A stretch of DNA of 64,000 nucleotides from Eledone cirrhosa (lineage: Eukaryota). The stretch lies in contig CAXHJY010000322.1 of the NCBI GenBank assembly GCA_964016885.1, forward strand, positions 1-64,000. The letters run 5' to 3'. Below, in pieces: positions 41,784 to 52,017 of this stretch; positions within the stretch are counted from its first letter, which is position 1; each line of letters begins with the position of its first letter. The notes below the pieces were generated by a model. The model did not search any database and was not told where the DNA came from. It was given only the letters and a program-made list of their open reading frames with translations. The position numbers and the translations under genes were made by a program.

Positions 41784-42152
41784 CCAAGAACTTCATTGTT
41801 TGTCTTCTTTCTGTGAATAAAATAATTAAGTTTAAAATTCTGAGAATGTTACCAAATATGGCTGGTTTCTGAAGATGGCTGGAGGGTAGAATGGACAAAA
41901 TATTGAGTCTTTAACAACCAAGATGAAGACATTAGTTTGAATAAATCATTGAATTACAATGATAATTTCTTATCTCAAAAAAAAAGAAAAAAAAAAAGGA
42001 AATGCAGATAAAATTTTCCAGGCTTATATGAAGTGGTTTGTGACTTTTTAGTGTGTTTTGTGTATGTGTTAATGCATGCTTATGTGATATTTGTGATATT
42101 GTGAAACTGTGCTTCTGGTCTCCATGCTTTGAATGTGTTCTGATGGTTTCAG

Positions 42153-42341
42153 GGGGAGCATCAGATAGAGGTTATAGCTCTATGACACAGGAAGATGCCA
42201 AGACTCTATATGGAGCCCTTTCCTCAGCAGAACAGGCTCAGAATAAAATTAATAATTCCAGTAAGACAAAAGATTCCAAACACTCTCGTTCCAGTATACG
42301 CTGGAAGATCAGAAGTAAAAGTACAAATGAAGATTTATCAG
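42153..42341 (+). CDS. DENND4: DENND4/CRAG exon (G-GASDRGYSSMTQEDAK...RSKSTNEDLS-G)
   Basis: gtttcag acceptor, phase 1; 'GG.SD.GY.S' motif of DENND4; donor CAG|gtgaaa chosen for phase compatibility and is less certain. Confidence 0.82.
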
Positions 42342-42745
42342 GTGAAAGAGATTCAATTGATTTTCCAGAATATCTTCTGTTGCCTTCTACACTGACACTA
42401 ACTTCCAATCTATATCTTCATCACAATTATTCTCCATGTTCTCTAAACAACTCGTATTTATTTATGTTTTAGTTGTGGATTAAATATCTATCTATCTATT
42501 TATATTTATTTGTTGCTAAATATTTCCATAAGAAATACTAAAAATCATTTTTATTTATTTTATATTCTTTCAAAGAATTAGCTATATATATCTTCCCTTA
42601 TATATATATATGCAGAGGTTATATTTAATTTGTTGGGATTCAACAAGCTTAAACATTTTTATAACTGATATAAAGCACTCAACTGAAAAGTGGAGTAAAT
42701 ATACAATATATTAACAAATGGAAGCTATATTTATAAAACAATATA

Positions 42746-42811
42746 TATTTGATTATATATATTTCAAGGGCCACCAAGGCAAATTATGGTGCGCTTTCAT
42801 CAGATAAAATA
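42746..42811 (-). ncRNA. Minimal type I hammerhead ribozyme motif
   Basis: Minus: TATTTTAT-CTGATGA-aagcgcacca..tggtggccctt-GAAA-TATATA-TA-ATCAAATA. Confidence 0.75.
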
Positions 42812-42990
42812 CAATACAGATTTGTTTTATAAATAAATATTGACATACCCTGAAAAAAGATAGCCTTAACGGTTGGAGCTTCCGGGATAGCTTCCTGATA
42901 GCTTCCTGTGACTATCCAGGAAGCTCCAACCGTTAAGGTTGTCTTTTTTCAGGGTATGTCAATATTTATTTATAAAACAAATCTGTATTG

Positions 42991-43056
42991 TATTTTATCT
43001 GATGAAAGCACACCATAATTTGCCTTGGAGGCCCTTGAAATATGTATAATAAAATA
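42991..43056 (+). ncRNA. Minimal type I hammerhead ribozyme motif
   Basis: TATTTTAT(stem I)-CTGATGA-stem II-GAAA-TATGTA-TA-ATAAAATA(stem I'); 8-bp perfect stem I, near-palindromic stem III. Confidence 0.75.
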
Positions 43057-43202
43057 TATATGGTTTTATAAATATAGCTTCCATTTGTTAATATATTGTA
43101 TATATATATATATAGTAATAATAATAAATGCGAAGACTAAAATCCAAAGAGGGCTCGATAAGGATAAATATATATCAAGTATATATGAACCCTAGAGCAA
43201 AT

Positions 43203-43335
43203 ATTTATTAAAATAACAGATTAAAGTTTAAGCAAAGAATTGCTGCTTTCACCCTTAACGGGATCTTCTGAAGATCCCGTTAAGGGTGAAAGGAGCGATT
43301 CTTTGCTTAAACTTTATTCTGTTATTTTAATAAAT
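43203..43335. repeat. Fold-back module 2: 66-bp arms, 1-nt loop; CTGAAGA-ccc..ggg-GAAA at the apex
   Basis: Symmetric about 43269 (gggatcttc-t-gaagatccc). Confidence 0.9.
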
Positions 43336-43427
43336 AAATATATATATGAGGTGTGTCAGGGGTAACCACAGTTAAAAAAGGTACTCAATATATTGGTAGA
43401 GTATAGACATCTTTATTATATATAGAA

Positions 43428-43526
43428 ATGACTTCTACAGGACTAGGACTGTTTCATTCGTATGAAATTAAGACTATCCTCAATAATTTTGTACGAGTGA
43501 AAAAGTTCTAGTCCTGTAGAAGTCAT
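43428..43526. repeat. Fold-back module 3: ~43-bp arms containing a GAAACAGTC half-hammerhead
   Basis: atgacttctacaggactag... / ...ctagtcctgtagaagtcat followed by (TA)n. Confidence 0.85.
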
Positions 43527-43595
43527 ATATATATATATATATATATATATCACATAAGAAACGGAGGATCAGTGGTGCGACGAATTAGATTTATT

Positions 43596-43692
43596 AGACA
43601 TATTACAATTGTTTCTCTGGTGACCAGCTCGAGGCATGATCAATGCAATGATTGAACCTGACTCTGAAATCGCAAGTTCCTCAGATACGTCT
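43596..43692 (-). ncRNA. Type I hammerhead motif with long (62-nt) stem II region
   Basis: Minus: AGACGTAT-CTGAGGA-[62 nt]-GAAA-CAATTG-TA-ATATGTCT-aataaa; palindromic stem III, 8-bp stem I. Confidence 0.7.
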
Positions 43693-43755
43693 CGATTCTA
43701 CGAAGCAGAGTTTCCAAATGTCCAGTTACACCCACGGCCTTCACTCACCAGCTTT

Positions 43756-44590
43756 AGGCAGGTTGTACGATGCCTGCATACGAACAGCAATGCTGCATGG
43801 CAGTGAGACCTGGGCATTGTGTGCAGAGGATATACGCAGACTAGAGAGGAACGAAGCTTGCATGCTCCGCTGGATGTGTAACAGTAATATACGTGAACGG
43901 CAAAGCATAAACGAACTAAGGAATAAATTAGAGATAAGAGGGATCAGATGTTGTTTACTCGAGAGAAGGCTACGTTGGTATGGACACGTGATGCGCATGA
44001 AAGTCGATAGCTGTATAACAAAGTGCAGGGCAATAAAGATAGACGGTAGTCACGGAATAGGCAGACCTAGAAAAACCTGGGACGAGCTGATAAACTCCGA
44101 CATCACACACTTACACCTCTCCAAGACAATGTCACTGGACCGAGACCTTTGGCGGTACTCAGTAACAGAGAAGACCCGCCTTACCTAAATATATAGTAAA
44201 ACCTACTCCAGCCAGTAGGCATCTCTAACAAAATACACCCCGTCCCACCACCCCCACCCCCACCCGATCCACACCACCCCGTTCTATGTAAAGTTATGTT
44301 GGTGCCGCGCCATCGAGGCCGAAACAAATGAGATCGTGTAGGTGTCACGACAAAAAAACACACAGTCCACGCTGTAATGTGGCCGTGTAGGCAACACGGT
44401 AAAAACCTCCCAGACCCACACTGTAAATGTGGTTGGTGTTAGGAAGGGCATCCAACTGTAGAAAACCTGCCAGACAGTCCTATGCGAGCAAGACAATCAC
44501 TCTTGCCTCAAGTGGGACTACCCCCGTCCAAACCCATGCAAGCGTGGAACACGGACGTTAAACGTTGATGATGATGATGATGATGATGAT
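43756..44590 (+). mobile_element. 5'-truncated RTE-clade LINE (copy 1) with 3'UTR and (GAT)n tail
   Basis: GRLYDACIRTAMLHGSETW...RLRWYGHVMR...GRPRKTW; tail gatgatgat runs into (TA)n. Confidence 0.92.
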
Positions 44591-44612
44591 ATATACACAC
44601 ATATACACGTAC

Positions 44613-44646
<34 letters not shown>

Positions 44647-44657
44647 GTACACATATA

Positions 44658-44707
<50 letters not shown>

Positions 44708-44712
44708 TGTGT
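44591..44712. repeat. (TA)n/(CA)n microsatellite
   Basis: Direct inspection. Confidence 0.9.
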
Positions 44713-44947
44713 GTTGATGCCCTAAGGACAGACACTGGTCTGTTGGAGACGCAGGACATGGCAGTGATGATGAGGGGCAGAGACCGCTGGAGAGAACTCA
44801 TCCATGGATCTCGTGAATTTTATCTGCCTAGATAAATAGATATATATATATATAACAAAGAGGGTGTGGTAAGATACCAGGTGGACTATAACGCACCAGA
44901 GTACTCAATACTTTGGGTAGTAGAGTGGGTAATAGGAATATAGTCAA

Positions 44948-45040
44948 GACCCCTACGGCTGAGCTCCAGCTGTTTCGACAGCTAGATCCGAACTGTTCAG
45001 ATCTAGCTGTCGAAACGGCCAGAGCTCAGCTGTCGGGGTC
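44948..45040. repeat. Fold-back module 4: 46-bp arms, 1-nt loop, CGAAAC motif
   Basis: Symmetric about 44994 (gtttcgacagctagatc.gaac-t-gttc.gatctagctgtcgaaac). Confidence 0.88.
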
Positions 45041-45064
45041 CTGAATCTTTTCATATATATATAC

Positions 45065-45106
<42 letters not shown>

Positions 45107-45128
45107 TGAAACAGTAAGCAAGTTACGA

Positions 45129-45237
45129 AAATTAGAAATAGAAGCTTTCACCGTATTTTACTAAAGAAATTTTAGCTAAAATCAGGCTAAAATTTCTTTA
45201 GTAAAAAAAATATGGCGAATGCTTCTATTTCTAATTT
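45129..45237. repeat. Fold-back module 5: ~50-bp arms, GAAAGCTTC motif on the minus strand
   Basis: aattagaaatagaagc..actaaagaaattttagc / gctaaaatttctttagt..gcttctatttctaatt. Confidence 0.88.
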
Positions 45238-45272
45238 ACATATATATAAAAACAATTACAACAGTGACATAA

Positions 45273-45322
45273 ACAGGTACTCAAGTTTCGTTGGGTTCTG
45301 GGCCCCAATTTCTTCAGCCTGT
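45273..45322 (-). ncRNA. Minimal type I hammerhead ribozyme motif
   Basis: Minus: ACAGG-CTGAAGA-aaTTGGGgcccagaaCCCAAc-GAAA-CTTGAG-TA-CCTGT. Confidence 0.8.
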
Positions 45323-45571
45323 CATGAGAAAAATGAAAAAAGTTTTGTTGGGTTCTGGGCCCCCATTTTTTCAGCCTGTCATGAGAAAAATGAAAAACAA
45401 AGATGGCCGCCTATGGTTGATTGTGCTTTACCTTGATTGTGCTTTCCCTTGATTGTGCTTTCCCTTGATTGTGCTTTACTTTGATTGTGCTTTCCCTATG
45501 GGGATATAACAAAAGAATGTGAAAGCACAATCAACCATAGGCAGCCATCTTTGTTTTTCATTTTTCTCATG

Positions 45572-45621
45572 ACAGGCTGAAGAAATTGAGGCCCAGAACC
45601 CAACGAAACTTGAGTACCTGT
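45572..45621 (+). ncRNA. Minimal type I hammerhead ribozyme motif (predicted cut after GUA at 45616)
   Basis: ACAGG-CTGAAGA-aaTTGaGgcccagaaCCCAAc-GAAA-CTTGAG-TA-CCTGT. Confidence 0.78.
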
Positions 45622-46129
45622 TTATGTCATTGTTGTAATTATTTATACTAAACTCATCTTATGGACTGAGTGCTCTTACTCTTGGATATTTCCACTTAAC
45701 TTTTACTTCAGTATATATAAGCAGGAATGAAGTCAAGGTTGCACCATAAATATATTTTATTAACATATGACATTGTTTCAATATCTATCAGCTCAGCGTA
45801 TGATCATAATGATTTGGACGTGGCTATATATATATAAAACAAAGAGGGTTTGGTAAGATACCAGGTGGACCATAATACATATATACATATATATATATAT
45901 ATAGCAGATACCATCAAAATCGGGCAGTCACAAAGCACTCACTGATGTGAAATGTTAATACATTTTCATCCAGAGTAAAGACAAAGTTAAGAAAGTGTGA
46001 CACCAAGAATAAAACCGGGTGTATGTATGTGGCCATAGTTAATACAACAACAACAATAAATAGAAACCTGCCACAAACCACCCTTGGTTCTATGAAAGTG
46101 TTAAAGGGTTCCTATATAAAATCTTTACT

Positions 46130-48268
46130 ATTTTTTAAATTCCATGTTTCTAACACACATTGGCATACCTACAAAGTCAGAAAACAGCACAGCCCCCATG
46201 ACTTTCAGAAACTTTTCTTTTTCACGCTCAGAGTTGCTGAAGCATGGAACAAACTACCTGCATCAGTTGTTAGCTGTTGAGACACTGCATCCTTTAAAAC
46301 CTCCATGGAACAAACTACCTGCATCAGTTGTTAGCTGTCGAGACACTGCATCCTTTAAAACCTCCATGGAACAAACTACCTGCATCAGTTGTTAGCTGTC
46401 GAGACACTGCATCCTTTAAAACCTACTTGGAACAAACTACCTGCATCAGTTGTTAGCTGTTGAGACATTACATCGTTTAAAACCTCCATTGAACAAACTA
46501 CCTGCATCAGTTCTTAGCTGACTAGACACTGCATCCTTTAAAACCTCCATGGAACAAACTACCAGCATCAGTTATTAGCTGTTGAGACACTGCATCCTTT
46601 AAAACCCCCATGGAACAAACTCCCTGCATCAGTTGTTAGCTGCTGAGACACTGCATCCTTTAAAACCCCCATGGAACAAACTACCTGCATCAGTTGTTAG
46701 CTGTCGAGACACTGCATCCTTTAAAACCTCCAAGAAAAAAACTACCTGCATCCTTTAAAACCTCCAAGGAACAAACTACCTGCATCAGCTGTTAGCTGTG
46801 AAGACACTGCATCCTTTAAAACCTCCATGGAACAAACTCCATGCATCAGCTGTTAGCTGTTGAGACACTGCATCCTTTAAAGCCGCCATGGAACAAACTA
46901 CCTGCATCAGTTGTTAGCTGCTGAGACACTGCATCCTTTAAAACCTCCATGGAACAAACTACCTGCATCAGTTCTTAGCTGTCGAGACACTACATCCTTT
47001 AAAACCTCCAGGGAACAAACTACCTGCATCCTTTAAAACCTCCATGGAACAAACTACCTGCATCAGTTGTTAGCTGTCGAGACACTGCATCCTTTAAAAC
47101 TTCCATGGAACAAACTACCTGCATCAGTTCTTAGCTGACGAGACATTGCATCCTTTAAAACCTCCAGGGAACAAACTACCTGCATCAGTTCTTAGCTGTC
47201 GGGACACTGCATCCTTTAAAACCTTCATGGAACAAACTACCTGCATCAGTTGTTAGCTGTCGAGACACTGCATCCTTTAAAACCTCCATGGAACAAACTA
47301 CCTGCATCAGCTGTTAGCTGTTGAGATACTGCATCCTTTAAAACCTCCATAGAACAAACTACCTGCATCAGTTGTTAGCTGTGAAGACACTGCATCCTTT
47401 AAAACCTCCATGGAACAAACTCCATGCATCAGCTGTTAGCTGTTGAGACACTGCATCCTTTAAAGCCTCCATGGAACAAACTACCTGCATCAGTTGTTAG
47501 CTGCTGAGACACTGCATCCTTTAAAACCTCCATGGAACAAACTACCTGCATCAGTTGTTAGCTGTCGAGACACTGCATCCTTTAAAACTTCCATGGAACA
47601 AACTACCTGCATTAGTTCTTAGCTGACGAGACATTGCATCCTTTAAAACCTCCAGGGAACAAACTACCTGCATCAGTTCTTAGCTGTCGGGACACTGCAT
47701 CCTTTAAAACCTTCATGGAACAAACTACCTGCATCAGTTGTTAGCTGTCAGGACACTGCATCCTTTAAAACCTCCATGGAACAAACTACCTGCATCAGTT
47801 CTTAGCTGACGAGACACTGCATCCTTTAAAACCTCCATGGAACAAACTACCTTCATCACTTATTAGCTGTTGAGACACTGCATCCTTTAAAACCTCCATG
47901 GAACAAACTACCTTCATCACTTATTAGCTGTTGAGACACTGCATCCTTTAAAACCTCCATGGAACAAACTACCTTCATCACTTATTAGCTGTTGAGACAC
48001 TGCATCCTTTAAAACCTCCATGGAACAAACTACCTTCATCACTTATTAGCTGTTGAGACACTGCATCCTTTGAAGCCTCCATGCTTCCTGAAATTAGCCA
48101 ACACTACACCTAATATTAGCCCTCCATACACACACACACATATCATGACTCATACACTGTTCACTTTCCTGACATTTGTACATTATTCTATGTACTATAC
48201 ATACACCTTTGATGAGTTGGAGTGCACCTGAGCACTGTACACAATAATTTCAATATTATTATTATAAT
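46130..48268 (+). mobile_element. CR1/L2-group LINE 3' end, interrupted by expansion of its own 61-bp segment
   Basis: HTYKVRKQHS..FFTLRVAEAWNKLPASVVSCRDTASFKTSM|LPEISQHYT*, then a 3'UTR ending in (ATT)n; 'RV..WN.LP..VV....FK' is the CR1/L2 ORF2 terminus. Confidence 0.75.
46243..48083. repeat. 61-bp tandem repeat, ~30 copies
   Basis: GGAACAAACTACCTGCATCAGTTGTTAGCTGTCGAGACACTGCATCCTTTAAAACCTCCAT. Confidence 0.97.
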
Positions 48269-48269
48269 A

Positions 48270-48445
48270 AGGCGATGGAGTGGCAGTATCGGTAGAGTGT
48301 TAGCCAGCATGCTTTGCAGCATAGAGTTCAAATCCCGACGAGGTTAACTTTGCCTTTCATCCTTACGGGGTCGATAAAATAAAGTACCAGTAATGCACTG
48401 AAATAATTGCTAGCCTTGTGCCAAAAGTAGAAACAATTATTATTA
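48270..48445 (+). mobile_element. tRNA-derived SINE with conserved central core
   Basis: A box TGGCAGTATCGG, B box GAGTTCAAATCC, core GCCTTTCATCCTTACGGGGTCGATAAAATAAAGTACCAG, (ATT)n tail; several related copies in the window. Confidence 0.85.
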
Positions 48446-49696
48446 TTATAATTTTAAAATCTTTTGTTATTTTATAATCACCATTTTCACAGTAAAGGCG
48501 TTACCTCACATAATATGCCACATAACATTTACATTACTCTATATATACTATTGTATTTTCATGGTAAAGGCTTTACCTCACATAATACCTGACATAACAT
48601 TTACATTACTCTATATATACTATTGTATTTTCACAGTAAAGGCTTTACCTCACATAATATCCCACATAACATTTACATTACTCTATATATACTATTGTAT
48701 TTTCACAGTAAAGGCTTTACCTCACATAATACCTGATATAACATTTATATTACTCTATATATACTATTGTATTTTCACAGTAAAGGCTTTACCTCACATA
48801 ATATGCCACATAACATTTACATTACTCTATATATACTATTGTATTTTCATGGTAAAGGCTTTACCTCACATAATATCTCACATAACATTTACATTACTCT
48901 ATATATACTATTGTATTTTCACAGTAAAGGCTTTACCTCACATAATATCTCGCATAACATTTACATTACTCTATATATACTATTGTATTTTCACAGTAAA
49001 GGCTTTACCTCACATATCTCACATAACATTTACATTACTCTATATATACTATTGTATTTTCACAGTAAAGGCCTTACCTCACATAATATCTCACATAACA
49101 TTCACATTACTCTATATATACTATTGTATTTTCACAGTAAAGGCTTTACCTCACATAATATCCCACATAACATTTACATTACTCTATATATACTATTGTA
49201 TTTTCACAGTAAAGGCTTTACCTCACATAATATCTCACATAACATTTACATTACTCTATATATACTATTGTATTTTCACAGTAAAGGCTTTACCTCACAT
49301 AATACCTCACATAACATTTACATTACTCTATATATACTATTGTATTTTCACATTAAAGGCTTTACCTCACATAATATCCCACATAACATTTACATTACTC
49401 TATATATACTATTGTATTTTCACAGTAAAGGCTTTACCTCACATAATATCTCACATAACATTTACATTACTCTATATATACTATTGTATTTTCACAGTAA
49501 AGGCTTTACCTCACATAATACCTCACATAACATTTACATTACTCTATATATACTATTGTATTTTCACATTAAAGGCTTTACCTCACATAATATCCCACAT
49601 AATATTTACACTACTCTATATATACTATTGTATTTTCACAGTAAAGGCTTTACCCTACATAATATCTCGCATAACATTTACATTACTCTATATATA

Positions 49697-50367
49697 ACAA
49701 AGTGCAGGGCAATAAAGATAGACGGTAGCCACGGAATAGGCAGACCCAGAAAAACCTGGGAGTAGCTGATAAATTCCGACCTCACACACTTACACCTCTC
49801 CAAAACAATGTCACTGGACCGAGACCTTTGGCGGTACTCAGTAATAGACAAGACCCGCCTTACCTAAATACAAAGTAAAACCTACTACAGTCAGTAGGCA
49901 TCTCTACCAAAATACGCCCCCGTCCCACCACCCCCACCCCATCCACACCGCCCCTTTCAATGTAAAGTTATGTTGGTACCACACCATCCAGGCCGAAACA
50001 AAATGAGATCGTGTAGGTGTCACGACAAAAAACACACAGTTCACGCTGTAATGTGGCCGTGTAGGCAACACGGTAAAAACCTCCCAGCCCCACACTATAA
50101 ATGTGGTTGGTGTTAGGAAGGGCATCCAGCTGTAGAAAACCCGCCAGACACTCCACGCTGTAATGTGGCCGTGTAGGCAACACGGTAAAAACCTCCCAGC
50201 CCCACACTGTAAATGTGGTTGGTGTTAGGAAGGGCATCCAGCTGTAGAAAACCCGCCAGATAGTCCTATGCGAGCAAGATAATCACTCTTGCCTCAAGTG
50301 GGAAAACCCCCGTCCAAACCCATGCAAGCGTGGAACACGGACGTTAAACGTTGATGATGATGATGAT
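49697..50367 (+). mobile_element. 5'-truncated RTE LINE (copy 2) with ~110-bp tandem duplication in the 3'UTR
   Basis: Similar to 44018-44590; (GAT)n tail; satellite resumes in register. Confidence 0.92.
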
Positions 50368-50442
50368 ACTATTGTATTTTCACAGTAAAGGCTTTACCTC
50401 ACATAATATATCACATAACATTTACATTACTCTATATATACT

Positions 50443-52017
50443 CGATCATCTGGTGGGCCCTTAGAAAACTAGGTGTTGATGAATGGCTTGTGAGAGCTAT
50501 ACAAACCATGTATAAAGAAACAGTCAGCAAGGTTAGAATTAACAACGAATATAGTGAAGATTTTAGCGTAAAAGTTGGTGTTCATCAGGGCTCCGTCCTT
50601 AGCCCCCTACTATTTATTATTGCCCTTCAGGCTATAACAGAGGAGTTCAAGACCGGCTGCCCATGGGAACTCCTATATGCAGATGATCTAACACTCATAG
50701 CTGAATCAATGGCTGAACTAGAGAAGAAATTCCAGACATGGAAGCATGGCCTAGAATCAAAAGGCCTTAAAGTTAACTTGTCTAAGACTAAAGTTCTAGT
50801 TTGTAGGAAGGAAAATAGGGCACCGGTCCCATCTGGGAAATGGCCATGCTCAGTGTGTAGGAAAGGAGTAGGTAGAAACTCCATTTTAAGTCCCAAATGC
50901 AAAGTATGGGTACATAAAAGATGTAGTGGGATCACAGGTAAGCTAACTAAGAATATAGATTTTACATGTGGCCGGTGCTCTGGTGCAATAAGTAGCAACA
51001 AGAGCCCACAGAATACTAACTCATTCCATTGCACAGATGGTTCTATAGAAATAGTGGACAGCTTCCGTTACCTGGGTGATAAAATCAGCAGTGGGGGAGG
51101 GTGCTCTGAAAGTACAGTAGCTAGAGTCAGAACGGGATGGAAAAAGTTCAGAGAGCTTATACCACTATTGGCCGCTAAAGGGTTCTCTCTAAAAATGAAA
51201 GGCAGGCTGTATGATGCCTGCATTCGAACAGCAATGTTACATGGCAGTGAGACCTGGGCATTGTGTGCAGAGGATATACGCAGACTGGAGAGAAATGAAG
51301 CTTGCATGCTCTGCTGGATGTGTAATAGTAATATACGTGAACGGCAAAGCATAAACGTACTAAGGGAGAAATTAGAAATAAGAGGGATCAGATGTTGTTT
51401 ACTCGAGAGAAGACTATGTTGGTATGGTCACGTGATGCGCATGAAAGACGACAGCTGTATAAAAAAGTGCAGGGCAATAAAAATAGACGGTAGCCACGGA
51501 GTAGGCAGACCCAGAAAAACCTGGGACGACTTGATAATTCCGACCTCACACACTTACACCTCTCCAAGACAATGTCACTGGACCGAGAGCTTTGGCACTA
51601 CACAGTAATAGAGAAGACCCGCCTTACCTAAGTACAAAGTGAAACCTACTACAGTCAGTAGGCATCTCTAACAAAATACACCCCCGTCCCACTACCCACA
51701 CCCCATCCACACCATCCCTTTCAATGTAAAGTTATGTTGGTGTCACAACATCCAGCCCGAAACAAATGAGATCGTGTAGGTGTCACGACAAAAAACACAC
51801 AGTTTACACTGTAATGTGGCCGTGTAGGCAACACGGTAAAAACCTCCCAGTCCACACTGTAAATGTGGTTGGTGTTAGGAAGGGCATCCAGCTGTAGAAT
51901 ACCCGCCAGACTGTCCTATGCGAGCAAGACAACCACTCTTGCCTCAAGTGGGAAAACTCCCGTCCAGACCCATGCAAGCGTGGAATATGGACGTTAAACG
52001 ATGATGATGATGATGAT
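50443..52017 (+). mobile_element. 5'-truncated RTE LINE (copy 3): RT C-terminal half, Cys-rich finger, 3'UTR, (GAT)n tail
   Basis: ORF 50490-51608 with GVHQGSVLSP, LLYADD, FRYLG and GRPRKTW; frameshift near the C-terminus; ATACT on both flanks. Confidence 0.95.

Larger units (their letters stand above)
42699..43103. mobile_element. Fold-back module 1: ~190-bp inverted arms, 21-nt loop, hammerhead in each arm; likely Penelope-like element terminus
   Basis: 42699-42890 is the near-perfect reverse complement of 42912-43103; ends in (TA)n. Confidence 0.85.
45254..45640. mobile_element. Fold-back module 6: ~120-bp arms, hammerhead in each arm, internal ~56-bp duplication and 16-bp x5 repeat in the spacer
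   Basis: aattacaacagtgacataaacagg... / ...cctgtttatgtcattgttgtaatt; spacer (ttgattgtgctttccc)5. Confidence 0.85.

Noticed and set aside
45722-45830. Additional complete hammerhead (minus strand GAAACAATGTC-atatg)
   Set aside because: The 3' half is present but no acceptable CUGANGA core or stem II could be assigned; at most a decayed remnant
48270-48345. tRNA gene
   Set aside because: A and B boxes are present but there is no cloverleaf; it continues into a SINE core and tail with multiple dispersed copies
50490-51608. Functional reverse transcriptase gene or retron/DGR-like system paired with the repeats
   Set aside because: It is 5'-truncated (no endonuclease or N-terminal RT motifs) and frameshifted near the end, with a standard RTE 3'UTR and tail; it is not the Penelope-type RT expected to mobilise the hammerhead modules
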